Assembly: GCA_036172245.1 (NCBI GenBank)
Contig: JAYWIR010000005.1
Span: 4,030,001 to 4,094,000 of the forward strand
DNA: 64,000 nt
Source of the DNA: Raillietiella orientalis
Taxonomy: Eukaryota
Direction: 5' to 3'
This document shows, piece by piece, positions 35,101-48,400 of the stretch. The translations under genes and the position numbers were made by a program. Under the pieces are notes generated by a model that worked only from the letters and a program-made list of their open reading frames with translations, was not told the DNA's origin and made no database searches. How positions within the stretch are numbered: position 1 is the first letter of the stretch; every line of letters starts with the position of its first letter.

Positions 35101-35749
35101 CGGGGCAGTTCCCGATTTTCTTTCCGGATCTGGAACCACTTTGCGAGTTTTCCTGCTCGCTTCTTAAGGAGTCTTCATTCCGGTTCCTCAGCAGCTCTGG
35201 TCCTTCACGAAGTTGATCGTTCCGAGGTTGGCTGAGGAAGCTGAGTCCCTTCCTCTCGAGAGGGCACCCATCCCACTACTCCGGGCGGCGGCAGCACTTT
35301 TTCTTCCTAACAGTGCTGTTCGCCGACCGCTTCCTTCTCGGATGTGGTGCGAGTGGCTAGAGCATCTTGGTTGCTGGAAATTCACTCCCCCCTCCCTTCC
35401 GGTCGTCGAGGCCTCAACTTCCGAAATTTCCCGGCTTCGCCTCCGGGCATTCGTTCGCAGCACACACTGAGATCGAGATCCCCGCTTTCGGCAGCATCCT
35501 TCCGTTCACCTCGAGCAGAGGGAGCGGTCGGGATTCTTGGAAGGTTCCAGAGTTCCCGAACTGTTCGAAGGATTCCCAGCACATCCCGCGTTCAGTGACT
35601 AAGAATAGGAAATTTTCCTCGAATTTTCAAACTTGTGACCTCTCGCTGACAGCCCTCCCTTCACTCTTTTCGATGAACTCCGATCTTCCAGTGGCGACAG
35701 CCCGCGAGCGCGAGAAGAGGGAGAACAACAGTGATCGCCAATATTCCAC

Positions 35750-37160
35750 GCCATGCCAATATTCAAGACCACCAATCATGTCCTAGGAAAAGGTTCATCC
35801 CGTATTCCTCTGAGAATAAAAATACTTCTCCTTCCGCGGCATTCGGAGAAGACGGCCTCCCCCACCAAGTTCCATCCAAATGGAGCCCTCAAGCTGTTCC
35901 GGGAAGTTTCGAGAGCAGGAAGGCTCCTTATGGACCCCCTTCCGCCACCGCCGGAGCGTGCTCTCGGCTAGCGAACCCGTTGCCAGATGCTGCTGAGCCA
36001 GCATCGGAAACTCATGGTTTCCAGAGCGGACGGATCTCAACAAGGAAATCCTCGATCCCCTCCGCTGGATGTCTCGAGAGGATGGCATTTTCTTCTAGCG
36101 GTCAGGGAAACATTCCTCCCTGCTGCAGTGCACGGGAGGAAGATTTCCTGGAGCACAAAGGACGACGCGGAGGATGGAGGACGCGGTGCTCGATGCAGGG
36201 AGCACTGGAGGAAACCAGAGACGACCGGATGAAATATGAATAATGGAGCAGACTCCTCGCCGTGCCTCTCTATGGCATCGCTTAATTACCGCCGTGCTCT
36301 GGAAATCTGCATGCAGGCGAACGTGCTAAAAGGAAGACAAATCTCCTCGCGATGCAAAAAGAGAGAGGATTAATGGGACAGATGACTGTCGCATGGATTG
36401 CGATCGGGAGAGGAAAATGAGGAGCAGGGGAGGGGAAGATTAGCTGCGAGAAAACATTCCGCACCTCGCGGAAAACGAAGCGAATCCCACTGGCTGCGCG
36501 CGCGAAGAGCGGAGGGCTGAAGGAATGCAAACGTGGAGGTGAAGAGGATCCCACCAGCACGAACAAGAGGGATGCAGGATCCGCCTTGCATCGTTCCCCG
36601 GGCACGGGCGCCCACAGCTTCAGCGGAGGGAACGTCATCCAGGAGTTTTGCTCCGAGGCGAGAGCTGCTCGAGAGACGTCGAGCGAGACGGGAGGGGGAG
36701 GGGGGTGCGAGGCGGGGAGGGGACTCCAAGTGTCCGTCGGCGTAGAGCGAGCATGGAAATCTAGCGTGAGGGTTGCAGCCCGCCTGGGAACAGTTTAACC
36801 GGAAAGCAAGAACGGATACGCGTTCGCATTTCAGAGAAGGGATCCAAATATACAAAGAGGAGAGGAAAGACCATTAAAAAAAACTGCTGGAGACAACAAT
36901 CTCGTCTGAAAATCGTTCCGCGCGTCATGAGATGCCAGTCGGGAAGATTCCATTCCGGAGACACGTGGTTAATGTCGGTGCCGAAAGAACATCCGTTTTT
37001 GTTACGAGTTTCATATTGGCGCTATTATCGTCGTGCTCCGACATGGACCAGATGGATCAAAATCAGTCAGAGGAGCAGGCCGATGCCTGATCTGAACGCA
37101 AGAAGAATCCGCGCAATACGGCACAGAAGGTTGGAAATCAGAAATGTTCCCGGAGAGCAA
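35750..37160 (+). mobile_element. Decayed RT domain of a non-LTR retrotransposon
   Basis: NTSP...GEDGLPHQV...W (cf. TAPGxDGLxY), QQGNPRSP...GWHFL (GDP..WRPI), LEHKG (QKGF), MQGALEETR and FREGIQ, in order. Confidence 0.45.
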
Positions 37161-37239
37161 TAAATAAAAGTGAGAAATTTCAGGGGCACGATTAATGGAC
37201 GAGAGCCTCGTTCAGCAGTGTTCTTCAAGAGCCGAGCCT

Positions 37240-38700
37240 TAGGCTAGTAGCTCAAGATGCCAAGAGTATAGTCAGGAAAGTGGACGGACCATGTCGAACC
37301 GACAGAGTCCGTCCGACAGCAAACACATTTGGTGGATAGTGGACTCATTCCGACAGAGTAGACAGTGATGAAACAATTTTGTTTAATGGGGATGCACGAA
37401 GCAGAGGGCAACAGCAGAAACGCGTGACTTTCAGTGAGCTTGTTGGTCCCCCGCTTCGGAAACGTGCAAAGTTCGTTTTTTTCATGGGGGGGGGGGGAGG
37501 CTAAAGAGAGCAGCATCACAGAGGAAACGGAAAGACAGCGTGAGCGGGAAGCACCGGAAAGCTACAGCTTCGCCCAAACGGTAGCAGGGAACCGGAGTGA
37601 GAATTCAACTGCAGGCATTTGGGACAAAGCAGCATGCAACGATAAAAATCCACCCTGTACCGCCGCACAGCACGCGGGAGCTAGAAAAGACTGATGGTAG
37701 TGAGCTGTCAACAGGGTGAAGACAAAGCAGCTGTCCAGTAGAAGCATTTGGCACGTTTCGCTCAGGAACGTTAGGAATTCTGGCGACCAAAGCCTATCAT
37801 GGGTTGACAGCAGCTAAACCTAAGGTTAAGAAATATCAAAAATATCTCCTTGGTTTGCGACCGCATCAGAGTAACCAAGGAACATCTAATGAAAAAAAGC
37901 ATCTTGATGCGAGATGAGCGCTCGTGGGGATAACAGAACAGAATCTCTCCAAAAGCAAGTTTGGTAACCTGCAAGATTCCAGCGGTCACTGTTTGCATGG
38001 CTGCCCAACGTGCTTCGAGTGACTGCGTAGGAAACCAGCAAGGTGCCAGGAACCGAACGCACGGATAGAAGTTTCAATTCAGTTTGGATGATTCCCTCAG
38101 CTAGAAGCTAGCGATGGAACGACGAAGTCTGGAATCCTTACTGATGTGCCACCTGAGTTTCTTTGATGCCTGAATGACAGCAAAACATGAAACGAAAGCC
38201 TGTAAGAGAGGAAGATTTCTCGGTAAAATCACATCACAACGTCGAGAGATGCTCGTTGCCAAAATTTTCGCTTCTGCAGTACTATCCAAATGTTCCTGGC
38301 GCACTATTTAATAAGTGCATTGAGATTAAATACATTGTCTACTGTCATGGATGCATTCTGTATCAGCAGAAGTGGAAGTCACTGAAGTATGTTTTAAAAG
38401 GTACACAGAAGAGCAGTGTACATCGAAGATTAACTAGAACTGAGGATGAAGAAACGGCTTTCGTCTTCTATTCTTACACCAATCATACGTTTACCCCTCA
38501 TTGCAGTTGGCACCCAGTCACTGGTTCATCAAGAACCGTTTCAAGATTCCTGTATGGAAGGGATTCTGGTATTGGTGGATTTCAATTTGCATAGCTGGGG
38601 AATGACATTCTTTCTACAACGTCAATCTGCAAATGAGGAATCTCCTTCTAATCCTCCTCGTATCTATTTCCAATTTTCCTAATTAATGAGCACTCTGCAA
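37240..38700 (-). mobile_element. Decayed LINE RT, possibly RTE/L2-like
   Basis: AKILATSISRR..ILPRN, KLLSVRSVP, TAGILQVTKLA...LF and HFPDYTLGILS, in RT order. Confidence 0.4.
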
Positions 38701-39840
38701 TAAAGTGATCCTTGCACACGAACCATTCGGCAATTGAAACCAAGTTTTGCCTTGTCAGAATACTTCTCGATTCTATGGGATTCCTACAGGTAGTCTCACG
38801 TAATAGGGACAGTGAGTTTCAGATGGGCAACTCAAGTGAAAAGCTGCCATGCTTTATGAAAATGACATCTCTAACAACTGCATACGTCCAGTTCGTGTCA
38901 AACCGCTACGAGGCGTTCAAGGCAAACGGACGGAGAAACGAAAAGTTTCCTACACGGAAAACAGATGTCACCACTATCAGAGTGAGGAACGTGTTTCAGT
39001 CTCTGCAAAAAAGGAAAACTAATTGTGAGGAATAAAAAATGATTGTGTAAAAAAAAAAAAAACTTTCGGATAAAGATGCCAATCTCAATGAAAGATCATC
39101 CTTAAGTTTGAGAGAATGCAAAAGTCATGTTGAAAAATGCTAAACTGTTCAAGTGAGCTCCATTATTTCCATTACTTTCTCGAGTACTCTTGGGGAGTTC
39201 CTAATACTGGAAAATGGAGCAGGAATCTGCAAAACTAAATCCAATGAATGTAGTCATTCTCAGGAGTTCAGGAATTTCCCGAGATGGTGTTTTTTCCAGA
39301 ACAAAGCGAAAGCTATAGGTAGTTAAAAAATTCATTTAAGATCAAGAAAAACATCTGATTTTTGGAGTGTCACTTTTCTATATTCATCCAACATGATTTC
39401 AATAAAGAATAAATCAAATTAATCAAAAGGGTATTGCACAAGGGAGGTGTTTTAATAAATTTCTGTTTCTCTAAGGAATTGCCATCATTATAGTTTATCT
39501 AAGAAAAGTCTATAGTTTACTATAGGTTTCTCTGAAGAAAATCCTCCCACACTTGCGTTGTTGTTCTTGAATTGGGCATTGCTTGACTTATTGTGCAACA
39601 AGGTTTGTCCTGGACCGCAAACCAAATTCTTACTCGGCTTGCTTTTTAGTAGGTGAAAACGTAACCAAAGGTACTGCCTAGACATCCTAAAATTTCAATT
39701 CTATTCTTCAGCGAGAGAACAAGTATAGCCAATTGCTGCAGATGCCTGCCGCTATTGGCATCACCATTTGTTTTTTGTGTACTCGAGAGGACATAAACTC
39801 TGAACCCTACATTGGAAATCACAAACTGTCATAATTGACA

Positions 39841-40290
39841 ATGCATAACTTTTTATTCAGTCCTTGCCATGGAATCCGTGTTTATTTCGTGAGAGAAACT
39901 AGATGTTCCGTTGATGAGCACTTCTGGTAATTCTTTTGCATAATTTAGAACCCTAAATCTTCACATAACTTCGTAGATCCTCATATGAGGAAGGATTACA
40001 GAGTTTTTTTTTCTTTGCATGACGCAGAGACTCTAAGGGTAGTGCTTGCATATTTGTATCCGTTTTTAAAGTTGGAATTTTAGAAAGGTTTCTTATCTAG
40101 AAAAAAAAAAGAGAAAAAGAGCTGAGACTATGAATCTGATGCCAGAGAGTTACCTGTTCTGTAACTGAAGTATGCCTGTTCTAAAGCAAAGTTTCTGATG
40201 TCAGTCCGTATTACGTTTGAAATCAGGAAAAAAATCTTACTCAATAAGCAAACATTAATTCATTTTATGATGAATTTGCGAGGTATGTTC
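39841..40290 (+). pseudogene. Possible disrupted Sans SAM-domain exons (39841-39926 and 40187 to about 40290)
   Basis: With one frameshift near 39862, a TGA at 39890-39892 and a phase-1 GT-AG intron, it reads MHNFLFS/LAMESVFIS*EKLDVPLMSTSAKFLMSVRITFEIRKKIL. The SANS SAM is [49 protein letters not shown]. Confidence 0.35.
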
Positions 40291-43200
40291 TCCTTCAAAA
40301 CATCGTATCTACTATTCGGGGCATGGGCTAAATTTGGTGTGCTATGATTTGAAAGGTCCACGAAAAGCGATTTTTTCTCAATGAACTCGCTTCAGATTTT
40401 CTAGTTTGTTGCTTACAGTGCTTCAGAACCTCATTCTGAACTTCATAAGCTGCTAGATGCTAGATGCATTCAATAGTTGGAAGAGTCCCCTTCCATCAAT
40501 AAATTGTCAGTTTTAAATTGTTTTGTCTGCTTTACTCTTGCGAGTTTTCATCCGATTTGTTTGATGCAATGAATACGTAAAAATCACATCTTCTCATTCA
40601 GGAAGAACGACAGAACGAACTTTGCTTATTACTCTTAAATGTTTTGGCCATTCAAAGTGTATTAAAGCAAAGAAAATCGTGAAACTGTTTCATTTCTTCA
40701 TATATAAAATTGACTTTTGAAAACCTCATTCCACAACTGTCCACTGATTACATTTTCCACTGAGTTTCAATCTGAAATTAAGATGAAACGTTTTACAAAC
40801 ATTCGTCAACGATAGGAACAGTCTGACATTTTAAAGCTCAATAATTTTTGAGAGTTTCGAAGCAAAATGTAAGAAATTAAAAGAACAAAATTACAAAGCT
40901 CTTTACGAAATTATTTCATTATACACAACCAAGAAAGGCCCCATGTATAAATGAAGCTGAATTTCTGAAAGCCATGAACCATCAACGAAATACTAAATAA
41001 ATTACAAAGAAATGAGAAGGGAGAAGATAACAGAAGTCAGACATGTTTAAAGATGAGTCGAATGGACAAAAGAGTTCTGGAATTTATCATTTTGAGGCCT
41101 AAATTTCATATTTTCACAGCTACGTGTAATATGATTGTTTAAACAGTTTTAGAGACAAAAAGACATTTACTAATTTTACATTTCAGAAAACGCCGATCTT
41201 AATATCCACGGAAAAGATACTCGAGCGATGTGCAAGTAACCACAGGATGTTAGTGCTTCAGGAAGAAGGCAGAGATTTCCAGACTGCTAATTTTTCATAC
41301 AATTAGTATTACTGATCATCGTGAATGGAATGTCGGACATGAAAATGCCTTATACCTTAATAACTTTTTTTGATATTGACTTCATAACCAAAATAGCCTA
41401 AAGACTAAAAGTAACTGATTGAAACAAGCTATCATACATGTAGGCACAAATTTGATATGAGAATGGAATGCATCTAGTATGGGAGAGAAGTTTATATTCT
41501 TAGTACCTTCTGTTAATTTTATCCATGGAAGGAAACTATCTTCATTTTCGTTATTATGTTTGAAAGATGAATTTTGATAGTCGCAGCTGGGAGCGCTGCT
41601 CGCAACAGCCCAACCTCAAGTTATGCTGTAATCGTTTGTTATTGTTCAAAAGTTTATTCTGATGAATTTTAGTATCATTGCGGAAAATATCAATAAAACT
41701 ATCCACATGTTACTAAATTTTATTTGGTGTTTGTTTGCATTATAGTTAAATATGTAAGAATAGTGCCTAGAAATGTTTACGCTTAGAACAGATTAAAAAA
41801 GCCTTAAAATGACCATGGTATGTAAACTTTTCTTGAAGCTTGTAAAATATTGCTCTTCTGTATTGGGCTTGTGACATGTATTTTGATTAGACACAATCGG
41901 CGGTCATATACAAGGTAATGGACATCCTCTTAAAATTCTAATTATTCTGTAAAGTAAATTGTTTAAGACACAAGTTTCTTTAGAAAAACCTTCCAAAAGA
42001 CATCGATAATCCCATATCTTCCCGTTTCTACTCCTCTGCACCATATCCCTTCCCCAAGATAAGTGTCAAGAGTCCTTTGGAGCATTTGAAAAATCTTTAA
42101 CAAAATTTTGGACAAACGTGTACTTTTCAAACATGTTTTAACTCTATATTTCGAGGCTAGTAAATATTCAAAGCACATTAACATCAATACATCATTGGTT
42201 TATAGCGAAGTCTGGTCACTGTAACATTTTTAGAATTTAACAGTATTTAAATAAGTAAGTATACTTGTTACCACATAGCATAGGAATTCAGAGTTCCTAT
42301 TTCTTTTAATCATGATTTCGAATCTTTAAATGCAGTCAGTCTGAGAAAACTTGCGATGGCTCAGAAGTTTGTTTCCATAAGGTGACCGTAATACAAGCAT
42401 ACTTTATGAAAATAAACTTTATTTGATGTCATGTGCTTGTAATTTCCAAGTTCATATGTGTCTTGGCTGCACCTATACTGAATTCATGTAAAATTAGGTT
42501 AAAGGTCTCATATGCCACTTCAATTTTTAGGCTTTAGATTTTAAGACTTTGAAAAGCTTTTTGACCAAAGAATGATTCCAAGTTTGTTACAATCGATTAA
42601 AATAATGATTTTGTCATTGCTTTAATTAGTGAAAAGAAAGGCACATATATTAAAGTACATTGAATATAGCTTTAAAATTTGTGGCCCTACTGAAGTCTTC
42701 CTGCAGTTGAATTTGTAGTGTAATCAGTTTTTGAAAGTTTGTTTCAAGGTTTTCAGCAGAAAAAATGCCTGTTATCTACATTGAAAACAAAAAAGAGAGA
42801 GTATCTTGGTATGTTAAAGGTTGCAATTGTTCATTTGTCTTGTCAGTATGAGTGGTATCATTTTCGAATTTTCGTACACCAGTAGCATAATTGTTTGTAT
42901 AGTAATTGCAGTATTGTGATAAAAAAATTTCATTTTAAAAATTAAATGCCGACATGATTTTTTATGTTCAATTTTATTGTTACTCCAGTTGTAGCAGTAC
43001 TGCACTCTGATGCTTTTTTTCATATTACGAATACTTATAAAAGATATTCTAATATCTAAGCAATAAGTTGGAAAGATTCAAAGATATCATTTAGAAAATG
43101 TCTACAAAAACAGTGATTTCCTATATCTTGAGAGTCAGTGCTCATGTAATTGGGGTATCAACATAAATGTCAAATTCTGTAACAGTGAATTTCAAGTGAA

Positions 43201-44149
43201 GCTTGGAATGTGGCTTTAGTATCGCTATATGAATTATGAAAGGGAAAAAGTGATCTGGTTATGTAATCTGAAATCCAGTATGAAAATTCAGAGTCAAGCC
43301 AGATTAGTGTAACTCTTCTTAGTTTTTGTTTTCTTTAATTTTTAAAAAAATGCTTGAGGAATATTATTTAAATTGCAAGCATTTGTTTTTGCGTTAGGTA
43401 ATTTTTCTAATGAATCTTTAACAACAACTGCAGATTTCTTGGTATAGTGATCTTTGCACCAAACATTTTGTTTGTAAAAGGATTCAGTTGCCTGTAATCA
43501 TTGAAATTGCATATTTCTTTCATTTCCAATTTGCCTTAAATTTGGAATGAAATGAAATTTGTGTGAAGAACAAGCACATTCACTAAGTTACTAAAGTGTT
43601 TTATCCTCAGTTGGAAATGTATGTTTTGTAAGGAATCAATTTTCCGATCCCTGCTCTTAGTCCCATAAGAAGAAGCAGTCTAAATATCTTGTTGGATGGT
43701 CAATTAAATCATCAGATTCGTTGTTTCAGTAGTGATTTTGGAATTCATTTATGTGAATCCCTTGTTTAAATTGCTTGAAATTTCCTTCCGAATACTATTT
43801 ATGAAATTTGTTTGCCCAGTATCAGTTTTATGTCATTTTCTCGTTTTACTCTGGCGTGTCACAGGTCTTTTTTTTTTTTTTTTTTAGTAGCATTCTGGAA
43901 GTTTTCTGGAAGCCACCGGGTAAGTACCGTGGTAGTCGTTAGGAATTTAGGATTGAAAAGAGGGGATGATTTGCCATGTCGAGATGACACAGTTTTAGCT
44001 GTTATCTGCATTGGTCAACTTATGTTTGTCGGCTCAGGAGAGTGCTGCATTCCGATATCAGATGCACCATAATTATGATGGTGACTTTGAAGATTTCTCA
44101 AGTGAATCGGGGGGCAGGCAGGCACTGGAGCATCTCAAGCTTTCCAGAA

Positions 44150-45400
44150 TAAGTTTTCTTAAAGCAGTTCCACAGGTGTGATCTGCTTCACGGTTAAGGG
44201 ATCTATCGATGGGTTTTGCATGGAAGTGTTTGTGATCATAAAACGATGTGGTTTTGCTGTACTTAGTCGATCCATAAAACCTCTGCACCATATAGGTTAT
44301 TCCGTGGGACATTAAAAAAAAAAAAAAGGTGCTGCCAATGAGAGAGGGATAGCCTGTAAACAACATAATTTTGATACTTCCAAGCTGTGTTGAATCTTTC
44401 GTGAACCGATCGATGAACTTGAAAGTGTTGGAAGGTGTCAGTGTACACGAATCAAAAATCACTTTACGAGTACAAAGCTTGCTGACTTTATAGATTTTGA
44501 CTGCACTTCCAGTGGAATCTCAGTTTCCTACTTTGTTTCATGATGATGGTTATACTCCGAAATTTAGCATCATGGTTGTTTCTTTCTCCTCTGGGCTTCC
44601 AAACTCTCCTCATTCCCGGTTGAGTTTTTCGGATTCCCGTTCCGTGCTTGTGATGCGGGATTGATCTGGTGAAATCTTCCCGTTTTTCAAGTAAACGGTG
44701 CATCGGAGCGATTTTGATGCCTTCGTTATTTTGTGCTTCGTCGCATTCAAGGTCTCACCACAATGACCTGTCACTTGCTGAGCAAAAAAAATACACGAAT
44801 GATTCTCCTTGTCGTTTGAACATTTGCGGTTGCTACAGTATTGAAATCCTGCACGAGATGCTACTTTCCAAGTTCTGTTCCATCAGTTTGGTATGAATTC
44901 ATAAAATCACGGTCATGAGTGTGATTACTTAAGATTTCATCCTGGAATGTTTACGTTTTTGTTGTAATCTGTGTTGTTTTCTCCCTATAGAACCAAGGAT
45001 ATTTCTGTACGGTTTTCGTGTAAGATAAAGCTTGGAAGTTACGATCTTAATAAGACCGGTATGTTCAAGGAAAAGTGGACCTCAAGACTCGCGATACTCG
45101 GAATGGTGAAAAAACAGCAATCAGATTGCGAAGCTATCATTCGGAATTTCATGAACCCTGGGAGGCTTTATGAGGAAGCAGGGATGCGGGGTTTGAATTC
45201 CATCCTTATCATCAGTCAAGCCATCTTCTCACTTGATTGGCTGAAGAATCTTGCAAATCTCACGAAATCGTGTCACCACTGTTCAAGATCTTTGGGAATT
45301 ATGGATTGCAGGAATTTACCACAAATTCGTTGTTTTGCATGACCGATATGATTGTACGTGAAGTACCGGTGGATTCATGCATCCATTGGTAAAACTGGAA
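44150..45400 (+). mobile_element. Decayed Penelope-like element
   Basis: DLSMG, ASSHSRSHH (SxHPxxHK), EILHEMLL and KDISVRFSCKIKL...DCEA...NLAN...HH resemble the PLE RT-thumb/linker/GIY-YIG succession. Confidence 0.35.
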
Positions 45401-48400
45401 CTACGTTTCAGTGGATGATTCAATGAATGTATAGAGATTTTGTTTCCTCGAAGATAGCTGTTCCTGTACTTTCATAGATGTTTATCTTTAATCGTGTTTG
45501 TAATTAATAAAACACTATTCGTTTTCTCATTTTGGTATCTTTTGTTTTCCACAAGAGAACAGTAACACTCGGTTCGAATAGAAACAAAGTGTAGATTTAT
45601 GCCAACACTAGATTTTGTTTATTTTTGGATCTTAGCATACTTTGTGCTGAAATACCTTTATGTTGCAGCGAAAGCTCATTAGTTGGAAATAGAACATGTT
45701 GAGTTCATTTTCATGCTTCATGAGATGTATTTTTATCTCCTGTGCATTTCGCTGCAATGATGAGAAAAACTGGCAATCCTCATTTACAGATAGAATCCAG
45801 AATTGCTTGACGTCAGGTAAACATTATACTCCATCTAACTTGTAGGCTCGTATCCAGTTGGCCTCGTGGAATTCAGTGGTCTGAGAGCTTTGGCGTAAGA
45901 TTTGCTGATTTCATTTTGTGGAACATACCTCAAAGAAACAACGAGGGGTGTTTTCTTCTTCATCTTCTTAACGAAAGTAGTGGGCACTCATATCGGATTG
46001 GTCGAGATTCCTATGTAATGTAGTTTAGGACATTCGGCAGATTCTCTGACTCTTCACAAGTAATTATTTTGCGCTGTACAAGGTTTGTCGATGTTGACGA
46101 AAGCTGTGTTTGAAAATCGAAAATGTCCTCCTTGGTCCTTGTAGCACAGACTGACCAGCATGGCGTCCTTTTTTCTCATGTCCACTCCCCTCATCGGGTT
46201 TGGTCAAACCGATGTTCTTGAATGTGAAACAGTTGAAATCTGATAACTGCTGGATAAGAAGTTTCTTCATTTTTCAGCGACCATCTTTGAGCATAAGTGC
46301 CAGTAATTCGTGTGTAATTTCTTGATGATATTCAAAGTGTCCTGCTGCATCATCACTGGTGCTTTCGTTCTCAGTCTTAAAGACTATACACCTAGTTTCA
46401 TCGTGCTTGGAATAATCATTTTAACCCGTTCATTTCTCAGTATGACAAGTCCGCATGTTCGATACGGTCTAATTTATTTTATTTTATTTTCCTTGGGAGG
46501 GGGGAGGGGGTCGAAGTTTTCGCTTCCATCGACTAGAATCGAAAATTAGATTCCATCCTCAGAATTAAGTAAGAAGGGAAACAGATATATTTGCTAACGG
46601 GTGTTTTTCTCTTAATGTAAGAATTGTAAATGCTTGCGTGATATTTACATCGTTTCAACATGCTTCCGGAAACAACAGAAGATTCTCATCTTGTGTTGTT
46701 TCCTGTGCTCATTAATACAGTGTTTTGCTTTCTGTACTTTAAGATTCCTCAGTACATATTTCGGTCGAAGTGTCATTTTCAAAAATCTCTGGGTGAGAAG
46801 AGCACCCTTTATTCCATATCCAGCGTACTGTTTAGCTTGCTCCCTTAAAAAACAGTCAAGCACCACTATGAAGAAAAAAAGAGGGTAATTCGAAAAAAAA
46901 AAAAATACGTTTGATGTATGTTGCTGATCAAAGTTCCTAATTTTCATTGATCTAAGGGGTGAGGAATTGTTTTCTGTGCGGTTCCTGGGTGACTTTCTAC
47001 TATGTTTCTTTCTAGGAGATGCGGATCTTAGGTAATGAATGCTATGTTTGCATGTGTAATTTCATTAGAATGGAAGCCCTGAAAAGCGGGTTTGGATTTT
47101 TTTAATTCTACCTTTATTGTTTTCAACAGCATAACCATTTTCCTGTAGTTAACGAATCCAATGGTAATGAGCATTGGTTTAGTGGGAGGTCAGCATTGGT
47201 TTTCTTATGATGCATCTGTCTGGAAGGTGCAGGCAATAATGGTATGCTGACAGCCACTAAATAGTCAAGCATCTTCCGGGATAATCTGCAGATCCAAAGA
47301 TTTCAGATTAATTTAATCAGTATTAGGGCTTGGTTTCCCTCTGAATAATAGGTTCATCTCCACAAATCATCGAGGTTTGCTGCGATTGTCCAGTCAAGAG
47401 CCCCGAACCAGATAGCCAATTCATAATCGCTGCTAATGTGAAAAAAATTCTGAATAGGTCGAAAAACTTGTTCTGTTCCACCGAGGTGTCTCTCTTGATT
47501 TGTGTTAATATGCTAATTAGTGACTGTAATAGTGACGAACTAGGAAATGAATGCTGATTCCACATTTGTTTCTTGATTATTCACACGTCCCTCTTTGATC
47601 GGTAGGGTTTCTACGAGTGTTGTCTGTTATTTGCCAGGCTTGAGTGAATCGTTGTCAAGGCCCGTTTCACAGAAAGGATTGTTTCTATGATGCTGGAGTC
47701 CTCGGCAGCATTACATTCTTTTCTTTTGGAAGTGCATGTTTTGGTAAGAGCGTTGCTAAAGCTGGAATGATTCGAGTAAGACCTGCTTGCGAGATCTTGA
47801 ACACCTTCAGTTGATGAGTTGTAGGAACCTAAAATTTATTAAGATTTTAGAAAAGACAACTGAAAAAAAAAAAAAAAAAGTTTCAGTGCATGCATTTCAT
47901 TTTTCAGACCGTAAGACACAGGACGTTTTCGGTTCACTTTTTTTCAGAGAGAGAGAGAAAGAGAGGAGAGAGAGGAATACGTGTAGTCCGGAAAAGAACT
48001 GTTTCTTGTGGTCTGGAAATCTCTGCTTGACAACAAAAGATGAGAAATGCTACATTCTAAGAAGCATTCTGCTTAAATAAAACATTTCTCTCACGAAAGA
48101 TTCCTAGAACTCGTCAGTCAATCGGAATGGTTGAAAACTAGAAATAAAAATATAGACGATTGTGTTTTCAAGTGTATGTCAATCTGCACCAAGTACATGT
48201 TATTTTTCATTTCTTTTTTTGTTAATAAAATTTGGTAATTTTCAGACTCATTTCCTAATGCCTTGTAATGCTGTTTCGAAGCGGTAGTAACAAGAATAAA
48301 ACCAAAACCTGGTTATTCATTAGTGGCGATCTATTGCCAATAGGAATGCCAAAGTCAATCCCGGATTTCTTTCCCTCAATATCAAAGGCATCAGTCAAGC

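Noticed and set aside
47687..47743. Possible NFI first coding exon (MMLESSAALHSFLLEVHVL|GTAAGA, phase 0)
   Set aside because: No homology support; several equally plausible donors exist in 39-59 kb.
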